A DNA stretch of 64,000 bases from Picochlorum sp. SENEW3 (lineage: Eukaryota), in the NCBI GenBank assembly GCA_034226945.1, contig CP120453.1, forward strand, positions 310,001 through 374,000. The letters are read 5' to 3'. A program made the translations under genes and the position numbers. Shown here piece after piece: positions 1-11,390 of this stretch. The number at the start of each line of letters is the position of its first letter. Positions within the stretch are counted from its first letter, which is position 1. Under the pieces are notes generated by a model that did no database searches, was not told where the DNA came from, and saw only the letters and a list, made by a program, of their open reading frames with translations.

Positions 1-1
1 T

Positions 2-1243
2 GCGAATGCCCTGCGGAATCGGTGGAGGAGGAGGCAGATAACCTCTCCATTGCGTGATGAGATTGTTCCGAAGAATATTCTCATGTTGGGACCGACCGGG
101 TGTGGGAAGACTGAGATTGCGAGGCGGCTTGCAAAGTTGGCTGATGCCCCGTTTGTCAAGGTGGAAGCGACCAAGTTTACCGAGGTCGGATTTCATGGAA
201 GGGATGTGGATCAAATGATTCGGGATTTGGTGGAGAATTCTCTGCTGATGGTTCGACAGCGTATGAGAAGAAAGCATCAGGAGGCGATTGATAGTGCTGT
301 TGAGGATGCTGTTGTTTCTGCCATGGTGGGAGAGCATGCGAGCAAGGAAACGATCGCCTCGTTCAAGAGGCTCTATCGGGAGGGAGAATTAGATGATCGA
401 GAGATCGAGATCGATATACCAATGTCTCCCTCTCAAAGATTTCAGCCTCCAGGTGCAGGAGAGAATGGTCTCCAGGAGATGGTGATTCGAGTGGACAAGT
501 TGTTTAGGAATTCAGGGCGGGGGGAGAACAAGAGGAAGATGAAAATATCGGAAGCAAAACCTTTGTTGGAGGAACACGAGTCGGAAAAGTTTATGGACTC
601 GGATTCAGTGAACAGAGAAGCGATTCAGGCAGTGGAACAAGATGGTATTGTATTTATTGATGAAATAGACAAGATTGTGAGCAATAGTGAGCATCGATAC
701 GGGGCAGATGCATCGTCAGAAGGTGTTCAGAGGGATTTATTGCCGATTATTGAAGGATCTGTGGTGAATACAAAGCATGGGAATGTGAACACGGATTATA
801 TATTGTTCATTTGCTCTGGGGCATTTCATCAGTCAAAACCATCCGATATGCTGGCAGAGTTGCAAGGGCGTCTGCCTGTACGAGTAGAACTTAAAGGCCT
901 TACACGAGAGGACTTTTATAGAATATTGACAGAGCCAGAGGGGAATATGATCAAGCAGCAGGTTGCTCTGCTGGCAACGGAAGGTATTGAGCTGGTGTTT
1001 ACCGATGAGGCCATTAGTGAGATTGCGCGTGTGGCGGAAGAAATAAATACAAATGTGGATAATATTGGTGCGAGAAGGCTGTATACTATTATTGAAAGGA
1101 TCCTGGAGGATATCAGTTTTGAGGCTCCAGACAGAGCATCATCAGAGTCTGGCAAGACTACAATTACGATTGATAACTCGGATGTCACAGACAAACTGTC
1201 TGATTTGCTTCAGCAGCAGGATCTCTCCAAGTATGTTCTATAG
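2..1243 (+). CDS. hslU: ATP-dependent protease ATPase subunit HslU/ClpY (probably mitochondrial), 5' partial
   Basis: Frame is open from base 2 (ANALRNRWRR). Motifs: PKNILMLGPTGCGKTEIARRLA (Walker A), VFIDEIDKI (Walker B), EGVQRDLLP, NIGARRL and the C-terminal DLSKYVL typical of HslU. Confidence 0.95.
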   Translation, partial: ANALRNRWRRRQITSPLRDEIVPKNILMLGPTGCGKTEIARRLAKLADAPFVKVEATKFTEVGFHGRDVDQMIRDLVENSLLMVRQRMRRKHQEAIDSAVEDAVVSAMVGEHASKETIASFKRLYREGELDDREIEIDIPMSPSQRFQPPGAGENGLQEMVIRVDKLFRNSGRGENKRKMKISEAKPLLEEHESEKFMDSDSVNREAIQAVEQDGIVFIDEIDKIVSNSEHRYGADASSEGVQRDLLPIIEGSVVNTKHGNVNTDYILFICSGAFHQSKPSDMLAELQGRLPVRVELKGLTREDFYRILTEPEGNMIKQQVALLATEGIELVFTDEAISEIARVAEEINTNVDNIGARRLYTIIERILEDISFEAPDRASSESGKTTITIDNSDVTDKLSDLLQQQDLSKYVL

Positions 1244-1329
1244 AGAACCTAGAATCAAGTCGAATCATTTACAAAAGTGAAAGGTTCATTGTTATTGTAC
1301 AATCATGCATGAATTGAAAATTCAATCAT

Positions 1330-1875
1330 CTAATCTCCACTGAATTTTTCCATAATCCCAACAATACCGACACCTCCGCAGTCTTTACATGCTATCATTG
1401 TTGTTCCTTTACAGAGCCAGCATGGTCCATTGTCGATGAACATCCACCTTGGATCAACGATTCCGTTATTGACTACCACTGGTTTTCCATCAAACATGTC
1501 CTGTGCAAGGCCCTCGCGGTTCGAGCCTGATCCAGCACAGCTAGAGCAGACAACCATCCCCTCTCCATCGCACGATGCACACCTCGAGGTGTCTGGCATA
1601 ATGGGGCCAAGGCCTGCTGCAGCACGTCGCTTCCTCGTCAGAAATTCAAGCTGGTCTGGACTGAAGGTTGCCTCTTCTTCTTCCGACACCCAGGATTGTT
1701 CGGTGGTGCTTGTCGATGAATTAGATTGTATGCTTACATCTGCAGCGCTGACACGCTTGAGTTGTCGCAGCTTGGACCTCAACAAGGCAGAAGAGCTCCC
1801 CCTAGTGCTGCCATGCTTTGATGGCATGGAGCCCATGCTGCAGCATATGTTTCGCGACAAGACAGTTGTTCTCAT
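1330..1875 (-). CDS. DnaJ-type zinc-finger (CxxCxGxG) protein without a J-domain, probably plastid-targeted
   Basis: Four motifs (CASCDGEG, CSSCAGSG, CWLCKGTT, CKDCGGVG) and an S/R-rich transit-peptide-like N-terminus. Confidence 0.8.
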   Translation of the reverse strand: MRTTVLSRNICCSMGSMPSKHGSTRGSSSALLRSKLRQLKRVSAADVSIQSNSSTSTTEQSWVSEEEEATFSPDQLEFLTRKRRAAAGLGPIMPDTSRCASCDGEGMVVCSSCAGSGSNREGLAQDMFDGKPVVVNNGIVDPRWMFIDNGPCWLCKGTTMIACKDCGGVGIVGIMEKFSGD

Positions 1876-2169
1876 TGCTTATAGCGTTGATAGCAGTACC
1901 AAGCAGCCTGGGTAAAATGCTGGTGTGAACCTTTGTTACATACACCTACCAAGCAAGTTGTTGGAGGTATTGCCTTGCTCTTCTTCTTGTTGTATTGACG
2001 CAGCGATCAACTTGACGCCCCGGATCCGTGATAATTTATTACAATTACGCTATTTATAAAATTTGATGCAGCACATTGGGACAATTGATGTCACCCACAA
2101 GGACCGTCCAATCATCCGACTCGAATGTGTAGTAGAGTCCATCATGCATGATGAGCACTGTCTAGAAAG

Positions 2170-3604
2170 CTACCGAGCTCGTTTTTTCTTCCTATGTCGA
2201 TCTCGCCCAGACTCCCTTGGATCCTCTTCATCTTCAAACACATAGTCATATCGTTTGGACGAGGGTCCCCGTCTGTGTCTGTCTTTCAACTGCAGGCCCT
2301 GTCGGCGAGGCTCTTGCTGCTCAAAGGAAGCCCCTTGGTCGCCCTTGGTACCGAACTTTTTGTACTGCTTCCACAGATGACTGACACTCTGACTGAAATC
2401 AACCTTGATACGCCGGTCGTCAATCAAAACATTGTTCATCTTGAAGTATGCCTCTTCACAGGAAGCCTCGGAATCAAACCCTATAAACGCATAACAGAGA
2501 GAGTCACCCGTCTTCCAGTCCCGTATAATGTCACACGATTTCACTCTTCCAAACCTTCCGAAGATAATCTCTAGATCCTCTTCCTGAGTAACAGGATTTA
2601 ACTTGCATATAAACAGCACATTTGGGGGTGGAGCTGCATCTGCCTCTGGCAAATCCCCAATCATCTCCAACACAGCAGCCCTATTCTTCGCCTCTTGCTC
2701 TTGGTGCTTTTCCATAGTTTCCCTGGGATCAGCAGATGCACCATTCTCTGGATTCCAGTCGTCTTCCAACCTCCCATCATGTGAAAATTCTGGCTCTGGA
2801 GACTGCTCAGGGATCAGATCCTCCAAACCTGCCAGGGCTGGTGTCGGGTCATCCAACACAATGGTATGTCGTATCCTACACCACACACACATATATCTCC
2901 ATGTGAATATATCATCAGTATCATGATCAGATGAGGATGATGATGAGAAGGTGCATGCACAGGGGTCATCAACATACCTGACATTCTGCAATGGCCTCCC
3001 ATCCTCATCACATGGCATGTCATTAATTGCCCCCAGAACATCCCACCCCTCTGCGACCTGACCAAATATAGTATGTTTATCATCCAAACTATCCAGATTA
3101 GATCCAGTCGTTATGTAAAATTGAGAGGCATTCTGATCCTTTCCAGCACCTACACATACAGGCACATTGTTGAGTGCCAATCATCAACACGTCTCAGATA
3201 GTCTCTATGTATACAACACGTACTTGCCATACCAACCATGCCCTTTTCTCTATGCTTGAGCCCGTGAACAATCTCATTGCTGAAAAACCTCGCCTGAGGA
3301 CCATACAACAAGCCATGGATGGACTCTCCACCTCGACCAGTTTTCGTCGGATCCCCAGTCTGTACCAGGAAATCCCTTTGAACATAATGAAATATGCAAT
3401 TATTGTAATATTTGATCTCGCATAACCTACATATTCCGAAACACAGCGTCGAAAAGTGGCAAAACAAGTGCAAAGAAAATTTCCTTCGACTGACTCGACA
3501 GGACCATACACGTACTTTAGAAAGTTTTGTACCGTTTTAGGGCATTCATCGACAAATAAATCCAATACGATATCCCCCTTGGACGTTTCAAGAATCACAG
3601 ACAT
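2170..3604 (-). CDS. CYP59: Cyclophilin-RRM protein CYP59/PPIL4
   Basis: Spliced model with GT-AG introns 3427-3515, 3150-3223 and 2876-2977. Contains [16 protein letters not shown], a cyclophilin domain (QTGDPT, SQFYIT), an RRM ([15 protein letters not shown]) and a basic tail. Confidence 0.93.
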
Positions 3605-3689
3605 GTCTTTCTCCTCTTCTTTTTTCCAAGGCACGACGAGACTTTGACGCTTCACCACAGCATCTTCATATCGCTCAACTACACAACTA

Positions 3690-5576
3690 CTAAACAGTAT
3701 TCATCACTTTTAACACTCGATCAGCCTCCGCCCTATATCCCAAAGAGTCCGCAGTCGCATGCCACAACTGCAGCAGTGGAATATGCTTGAGAGATTTCAT
3801 GTCGGCAAGACGACATACATCCAAACTCTTCTCCCGATCCCCTGCTTCCGATTCTTTGAGCGCCCAGGACAATAGAATTTGCTGATTGTTCGGACAAGTT
3901 TTCATCGCAGCTTCAAAGACAGACCTCCCATTCTCTGGAGATTCTCCATCCCATGCCAACGTTCCGTACAACTGCCACAGAAAGGGATTCAGAGGAGATA
4001 CCTGGACACCAGCTCTCACACAGGACAATGCTTTTTTAATATTTTTTCGTTTCTTCTCCAACAGAGCCCATTGCAACCAGGTACGCTCGTCCTTGGGGTC
4101 TATTCTTGCCGACTCTGAGAACAATTCAGAGGCTCTACCCAGGCGACCAGCTTTCTTCTCAAACGACGCCCACGCTCGAATGAATCGACTACTTTTATAT
4201 ACAAACTTTCTATCCAACGTTTCAAACAACGCCCGAACGCTCTCGTCGTCTCCTTGGAACCCATACAGTCCAGCCAGGGACTCTCCACACATCAACGCAC
4301 CCTTTGCATCATAGCTTTCTACACCAACTGAGAACAATTGTATCGCTCTATCAATTTCACCATTCTTCCAAGCAAGCTTCCCCAGCTCATTCAATGCGAA
4401 GCAGTTGGACGGGGACACTGCCAATGCACGCTCCCAGGCATCTTGAGCGCTTTCTGAATCCCCAGATGCTTCATATATCTGCCCCATGGAACAGAAAATA
4501 AATGTATTATTTGGAAATTGACGCAAACCCTCTTTGCATAGCCGTATCGCTTTGCGATGCTGACCTGATCGACCTTCCAGCTGCGCCCATGCAACCCATG
4601 CATGAGGATTCTGCCCACTCTTGATGGCATCTCGAAGCAATGCTCGCGCTTTCGTCCGATTCCGCCGTTGAGCCTCCATCTTTGCATATGATACGAGTAG
4701 AGGAGAGTGAGGTCCATCACCAGCCTTCAGACCACGCTCGAATCTATCCTTGGCAACCTTGTATCGCCCCTGCTTCCATTCATGCATGGCCCACACCTGC
4801 CACACAGTTGGATCCGTATCCCCGCATCGCTCAGCCAGATACTTGAGCCAATGTACCCCTTTTCTATGCTCTCCAATTTTCAGGTACATATTAGCCAGAG
4901 TCAGCAGCACTTTCGGATCCACAGGTGCCAGATCAGCATCAACCGCATGAGCTTCCAACCCATCAATGCCACTCTGAACATCACCACATGCATCCAAACA
5001 CTTGGCAGATTGAATCATAACACTACCATCAGTACTCAACCGAAGAGATTCCCGAAAATACCCCCGCGCTGTTTCATACGCACCCTGCTCCATGCACAGC
5101 CTTCCCACACGAACCAGAAGCCCTGCTGCTCCATCACCCCCAGCAAGTGCATCCCTGATCGCCCGCGCTACATCATCTCCTCCATCACACTCTTGCTGTA
5201 CATCCTCAATCGATGGAATACTACTACCTTTGAGTTGATCAATCGTAGACTGAAAGGAGTCGCTCGAAGACTCTGCTATTGTAGTTCCGCTCGAGGACTC
5301 GGAACAGATACGACGCTCTGCTATTCGTCTTTTATACAGAGAATACATCCATCTTCCAGATTGAGTACCTTGGATACTCTGATACAGAGATATCGATGGT
5401 CTCTGACGAAGACATGTCATTCCAATTGGCATTCGAATTCCATTCAAGAGTTGTCTTAATTTCAACCAACAACGACTACTGTTGCTATTACTACTGCTGC
5501 TGCCGAATAAAGTATCAATAGATTTATTTGCTGTACTCATAAAATCAGGGTAGCAGCAGCAAAGAGATGTGTTCAT
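3690..5576 (-). CDS. HAT/TPR-repeat RNA-binding protein (Mbb1/HCF107-like organellar mRNA stabilisation family); start codon uncertain
   Basis: Repeated HAT-type helices: [49 protein letters not shown]. Confidence 0.75.
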   Translation of the reverse strand: MNTSLCCCYPDFMSTANKSIDTLFGSSSSNSNSSRCWLKLRQLLNGIRMPIGMTCLRQRPSISLYQSIQGTQSGRWMYSLYKRRIAERRICSESSSGTTIAESSSDSFQSTIDQLKGSSIPSIEDVQQECDGGDDVARAIRDALAGGDGAAGLLVRVGRLCMEQGAYETARGYFRESLRLSTDGSVMIQSAKCLDACGDVQSGIDGLEAHAVDADLAPVDPKVLLTLANMYLKIGEHRKGVHWLKYLAERCGDTDPTVWQVWAMHEWKQGRYKVAKDRFERGLKAGDGPHSPLLVSYAKMEAQRRNRTKARALLRDAIKSGQNPHAWVAWAQLEGRSGQHRKAIRLCKEGLRQFPNNTFIFCSMGQIYEASGDSESAQDAWERALAVSPSNCFALNELGKLAWKNGEIDRAIQLFSVGVESYDAKGALMCGESLAGLYGFQGDDESVRALFETLDRKFVYKSSRFIRAWASFEKKAGRLGRASELFSESARIDPKDERTWLQWALLEKKRKNIKKALSCVRAGVQVSPLNPFLWQLYGTLAWDGESPENGRSVFEAAMKTCPNNQQILLSWALKESEAGDREKSLDVCRLADMKSLKHIPLLQLWHATADSLGYRAEADRVLKVMNTV

Positions 5577-5700
5577 GAAAAAACAAAAGTGGCTTAATTA
5601 GGAAAACCTTTCTTTCTTACATCCAGAGATCACACGTTGTGAAATGAAATTAACCTTATTACTGTAGAGAAAAAAAATAATTCAAAGGAAAGGAAGAAGA

Positions 5701-6162
5701 ATGCTTCAGAATCGTGTGGACTGCTTTATAGCAGTTGTTGTAGCAATCTCATGTCTTGTACCTAGGACGTTGTCAGCGCCATCTCCACCGGCTCCATGCG
5801 GTACATTAGACTTGTCAAGTCCCTTAGTTCAACATTGCTTTCCCAGCGATGGCAGCCATCACGCTGTATGCTGTGTCGATATTTCAAATCCTGATAATCC
5901 ACATTCTCCCCATGGGAACTACAATCCCCTCGGGAGGGTGATTAAAGCAGCATCGAATAGTACAAGTTATAGCTGGTGTACGTGTTCGGAGGAGATTTGC
6001 ACGGAGCAGCTCGGAGGAACGGTGGCTTGGAACCAGAATGGCTTGGGGTGGAAAGGGTATGTTCCACCTCGGGACAGACACACCACGGCGTATAATGCAG
6101 TGACTGGTCTTCCAGCGAATCAGAATGGTGTTGGATCATCGTCCCGATCGGAGGAATTGTGA
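5701..6162 (+). CDS. Small secreted Cys/His-rich protein of unknown function
   Basis: Signal-peptide-like N-terminus (CFIAVVVAISCLVPRTLSA), motifs HHAVCC and WCTC, and TGTAA at about 6198 after the stop. Confidence 0.7.
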   Translation: MLQNRVDCFIAVVVAISCLVPRTLSAPSPPAPCGTLDLSSPLVQHCFPSDGSHHAVCCVDISNPDNPHSPHGNYNPLGRVIKAASNSTSYSWCTCSEEICTEQLGGTVAWNQNGLGWKGYVPPRDRHTTAYNAVTGLPANQNGVGSSSRSEEL

Positions 6163-6334
6163 TGGCGGATCACATTGAATTGCTTTTGAAAAGCTCTTGT
6201 AATATTGATTGATGAAGAATACCAGGCATATGCCTTCATGCATGAAGAAGAACCGAAATGTACATGTACGCAGTGGTTTTGATGCGCATTATGGTTTTTT
6301 TTGTGAATAGTAGTGAATGAAGCACGTGTAATAC

Positions 6335-8762
6335 ATGTACAAGGTATTATTGCGCCGCTTTCCACAAACTCGTGGGGAGTCTCTACAACTGTTGCAGCGG
6401 CAACGAGGTCGTGTGTCGCTCGTGATGGGTGGATCACCTGGTGGTATGAATATAATGCATCGGTCGATGCATCGGAGTGTTCGATCTCGGCTGGATGGGG
6501 GCATTCCAGTGGTTGTACAGCAGAGGAGGAAGAATTCTTCTTGCCATAGCATTGGGAGGAGGTTGGGCGCGATGGGTGCTTCCTGTATGCAACACCAGTA
6601 TTCTTTGTCCATCAAAGATCAGAGGAGAGGCATGTTTTCGAGGAAGAATAGCAATGGCAATGTGTCGACATGTGCTGGGGACGAGAGCATTGATTTGGCG
6701 ACTTCTGGGATTGATTTTATGCATGGGCATTTACAATGGAATTCTCGAACGAGATATTGTGGGGAATTGGGGGAATCGGATGTAGATACGGAAGTGACTG
6801 TGTGTGGGTGGGTTGACAGGCATAGGAACCTTGGTGGGTTGCTGTTTTTGGATATTCGGGATCATACTGGAGTTGTTCAGGTGGTGGTGGATGATGATGC
6901 GAGTGATCATGTGACCCATGTGGGGGATAGGTTGAGGAATGAATGGGTAGTGTCTATTTCTGGTGGTGTGAGGAGGAGGAAGGATCCTAATGCGACCATG
7001 AAGACTGGGCAGATTGAAATGACGGCAAAGGATATCCAGGTTTTGAATGTTGTGACAAAATCGTTACCGTTTACGATGAGTGAGAGTGACGAGTCTGTTG
7101 TGATTGGGGAAGAGTTACGGTTGAGGAATCGTGTGTTGGACCTCAGGTATGTGGTTTGTATGAGAACAACTGGCATGTTTTGTTCCGTCTTTGTCGGCGT
7201 GATGTATATTCTGATGTGTAGGCGCCCAATCGTGGCTGAGAAGCTGCGTCTGAGACATGAGATTACAAAATCTGTGAGGAGATTTTTGGAGGATGAGCAC
7301 AATTTCATAGAGGTGGAGACGCCTATTTTGACAAAGTCTACCCCAGAGGGAGCCCGTGATTATCTCGTACCGTCACGTATTCATCATGGAGAGTGGTATG
7401 CATTGCCTCAAAGTCCCCAGTTGTTTAAACAAATGCTCATGATTGCTGGATATGATAGGTATTATCAGGTGGGTTGTTTTTTTCATCCCCATGGTCCTCT
7501 TTTTTACCCATCACTCGTAATACTGTATTCATCATCGTGGATGTAGATTGCTAAATGTTTCCGAGATGAGGACTTGCGAGCGGATAGGCAGCCAGAGTTT
7601 ACTCAAATTGATATGGAAATGGCGTTCATGTCACAAGAGGATATCATTGCCTTGGTGGAAGACATGATGAAGAAAATGTTCAAAGATGTGGCGGGTGTCA
7701 CGTTGCCGGACGGAAAATTCAATAGAATGACATATGATGAAGCAATGGATAAGTATGGGAGTGATAAACCTGATTTACGGTACGGCATGAGCTTTACAGA
7801 CATTACAGAGATTGTTAGGGATTCCACATTCAAGGTGTTTTCTGGGTCAAACATGGTGAAAGGGATCAAGGTATCGTCAGGGGATCGAATCAGCAATTCA
7901 AGATTGAAGAACAAAGGTGATGTGTTCCAGAAAGCGCAGGAGGCGGGCGCCCCAGGACTTATTCCACTGCGAGTGACTGAAGATGGCGACCTACAGGGAG
8001 CCAAGGCTGTCATGGAAGGACTCACCGATCTCCACAGGAAGACGATACTCGATATGATGAATGCGCAGCAGGTATGATTTTTTTTTTATTATTATGATGC
8101 TACTACTTTAGCAAGCAAGCGAAGTACTATTGTTTCCACGTTCATTCATCATGTATGTATAGGGTGATTTGATCATTCTGGTTGCTGGAGACCCTGCTGT
8201 AGTCAATAGGTCCTTGGATAGAGTGAGAGGGTATCTCGCAGAAGCTCTGGAGGAAATACCACAAAATGAACACAACCTCTGCTGGATTACAGACTGGCCT
8301 CTGTTGGAATGGAACGAGGACGAGGAGCGCTATGAGACACTCCATCACCCCTTTACAGCCCCACATCCAGATGATCTGGAGAGCGGCCTGCCTCTAGACA
8401 AATGTCGAGCCGTAGCATACGATCTTGTGTACAATGGAGTCGAGATTGGTGGCGGCAGTCTTCGTATCTATCGAACGGATGTACAGACCATGCTGTTTGA
8501 TGCCATTGGCATCCAAGAAGAGGAAGCACAGGAAAAGTTTGGACATTTGATTGAAAGCCTCAACATAGGAGCCCCACCTCATGGAGGCATTGCCTTTGGT
8601 TTAGATCGTCTGGCAATGCTTTTATCTGGATCACAGTCCATTCGAGATGTCATTGCGTTCCCAAAGACGACCCAAGCCCAATGCCTCCTGACAAAAGCCC
8701 CTTCTGATGTCGATGAGAAACAAATGGAAGATCTAGGACTCCAGATACGGAAATCGAATTAA
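6335..8762 (+). CDS. aspS: Aspartyl-tRNA synthetase, bacterial/organellar type; exact start ATG uncertain
   Basis: Introns 7147-7221, 7469-7546 and 8072-8162. Motifs: OB-fold ([20 protein letters not shown]), [64 protein letters not shown]. Confidence 0.95.
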
Positions 8763-8793
8763 TATTTGTAATTTTCTGAGTAGTAGAGACACC

Positions 8794-9552
8794 ATGGCAT
8801 CGATTGCGTTGCGACGCAACGTCATTTCTCGATTTTGTAGCCACTATTGGCCAAGTTGTAGCACGCCATGGAACGCAAACATATACGCATATGATACCCA
8901 GAAATTGCATTACAGTACCGATAATAATGATAATGAGGGTCAACCGGTGACATCGGAGAAGAGTAGTGCGGAGAAATCAAAGACTGCCGCATCAACCAGC
9001 AGCAGAAACAAACCTAGCGCATCGCGAAGCAAGCCGGGAACGAAGAAATCTCGGATGACAAAGTCTCTTCAGTCAGCACAAGAGAGGCTGGCAGAGCTCG
9101 TGAGCCCAGGGAAGAGTACGCTGCTCTTACACGAGGAAACCAGTTTCCACTTGTTGGGCAAGGCAGAGGACGCTCCCAAGGTGGTTGCTGGAGCATCAGC
9201 CAGAGCTCAGGAAATATCCCCAAAGAGAATTCATCCGCATAGGCTCTTTTATCCAGGAGCAAAGTATTCGCCCGAAGAGTTGAATCCGTACAAGGCAAAG
9301 GAGGTTCTTATGCGGTCTGATCTGACAGTACAGAGAGGTACTATACCCCGAGATGTTGTGCGAGACCAGGCAGATTTCCGGAATACAGATTTTCTAAAAT
9401 ACTTTTTGAAGGACTCTGGCAAACTTGTGCCTCGGCGGAAGACCAAGCTGCCCGCAAAATTACATAGAGAGTTGATGAGGGAAATCAAACTGTCCAGATC
9501 CCTGGCCTTGATGAATCCCTTGGACAAAACTACTGTTTCAAAAGTTAGATAA
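8794..9552 (+). CDS. rps18: Mitochondrial ribosomal protein S18 (bS18m) with a long N-terminal extension
   Basis: C-terminal DFRNTDFLKYFLKDSGKLVPRRKTKLPAKLHRELMREIKLSRSLALM matches the S18 core, and the N-terminus resembles a presequence. Confidence 0.85.
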   Translation: MASIALRRNVISRFCSHYWPSCSTPWNANIYAYDTQKLHYSTDNNDNEGQPVTSEKSSAEKSKTAASTSSRNKPSASRSKPGTKKSRMTKSLQSAQERLAELVSPGKSTLLLHEETSFHLLGKAEDAPKVVAGASARAQEISPKRIHPHRLFYPGAKYSPEELNPYKAKEVLMRSDLTVQRGTIPRDVVRDQADFRNTDFLKYFLKDSGKLVPRRKTKLPAKLHRELMREIKLSRSLALMNPLDKTTVSKVR

Positions 9553-9564
9553 TCATCTATATAT

Positions 9565-10889
9565 TTATGCAAAATCGATAGACTTTGTACTAATTCCTAA
9601 ATTGTTAGTCAAGGCCAACCATCGCGGTGGCTCATCATCGAAAATATACGTCATTGGCTGCACAAGCACCCCACTGCCCCCGAGTTTCCTCAGCGATTTC
9701 ACAGCTGGATACAACTCCTTCTTTGGCACGCAAACAATGGCTGCAAAGTATCCACCTGGAGCTCCTTCTGGATATACAGAACTCACAGTAGGACCCTGAA
9801 GGCCTCCGAGACCAGCTTGAATGAGTCGTTCCGAGACATCGTCAGCACTCGTTCCAGTCATGTTGACAATCACAGAGTAATACTTTTGTGCCACCAAGTG
9901 GGCTTCCAATCGCTCCAACAACTCATGCACCAATTCCATCATTCCAGGACGCTCCAACAGAGATGTTTTGTTCACTACTAAGACTCCCTCGCTCTCCATG
10001 ATCTTCCCTCCCTCAATCTCTTTTAAATTATTCTCTCGCAGTGTCACCCCAGTCGACACAAGGTCCAAAATAATATCCGCACACCCCATTGCCGGGGCAG
10101 CCTCCAGAGCTCCATCTGCACTAAGAAGTTCAACATGTTCCATTCCCACCTCGGCAAAGAATTTGCGAGCAATATTGTGATACCCAGTCACCACCCTCAA
10201 CGGGTTGCTGGCACTCCATGCCATATTCTTCAAGTCCTCAATAGTATTCACATCCGCAAACTTTCCTGTCGCTGGCACCCCGAGAGCAAGATGGCAACTT
10301 CCATATCCCAATGCATCATGAACAATCAGCAACTCTTCGTGACCATCTCCAATCTCAGCCACCATATCATGACCCACAAAGCCAATATCCACATCTCCAT
10401 ATGTCAACTTCCTCACAACATCAGTCGCTCGCTGGAACCACACTTCCACCCCAGGCATTTGAGAAATCTGAGCAACATACTGACGAGGATTTGGTTTCAC
10501 CACATTTAGCTGACAATCCTTGAGAAGCGCCAGCGTATCTTCAGCCATGCGCCCCTTGCTGGGCAAAGCCAGCCTCAGATTGTCACGAGCAACAGCGGTT
10601 GCAGACGTAGAAGTACCTATATGACACAGTAAGAGTATATCATGAGTTGATCAATGCGAGATAACGATGGAGTCTACCCACCTGTCGTTTGAGAATTATT
10701 CAATCCACACAGAACAACCGATCTCTTGCGTTGATTGTTGCATCTCCTCCCTGATTCGCTTGATGAAAAGTATGTATTAGTTTTATTGTACCCTGTAGCC
10801 TTGGATACGGCTGGATGCGTCGCTGACTGCCGTCTGACTGACAGTGGACCGACTCTAGAGCCTCCACGCGATATTTGATACATACCCAT
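9565..10889 (-). CDS. hisG: ATP phosphoribosyltransferase (long form), plastid
   Basis: Intron 10617-10681. Motifs: LRLALPSKGRM, DGALEAAPAMGCADIILDLVSTGVTLRENNL, GLQGPTVS and a C-terminal regulatory domain. Confidence 0.95.
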
Positions 10890-11390
10890 CTCTGTTTCTA
10901 TTCCCTAGGTACGTACAGTATATTGTAAGATAATTCTTGGGCGGTTGGGGTAGTACATTGTCACTCTTAATGGGATGTAGGGGATGAACTCTCTCACGTC
11001 CCATGGGACTAGCCATGGGCTGGCTACACTGCAGTGTCATCCATGTGCTTGCCATGTGCAGTGGTTGCGCTGATCATCAGATCATGGCACTAGACCATGA
11101 GTAGCGATGCATAGAAAGAAGAGACGGGATCCAGCAGGATGCGGGCATTCCTTGCCCGTGGAAAAGAAGTATCAAATCTACAGAGAGGAGGAATGCTGCT
11201 CCAAATTGGACCAAATTCATGAAATTGATGGCCTTTTTTCGGATACAAGCTAGGCAAAGTACACCAAATATCCTATTTAAAATTCTTCTAGTGCAGAAAT
11301 CGTCTAAAGTAGGCTGTATCGTGTGCTGAAGGGAGTTTTCTACACAAGCAGAAACAGATTGTAGAGAAGAAGTGCGAAAAGGCGGACGAT

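Noticed and set aside
2..1243. Bacterial-looking genes (hslU, aspS, hisG, ilvH, Fe-SOD, DUF4346) as contamination or recent HGT
   Set aside because: Most carry spliceosomal introns and/or targeting peptides and are known organelle-targeted families in algae. They are embedded among clearly eukaryotic genes.
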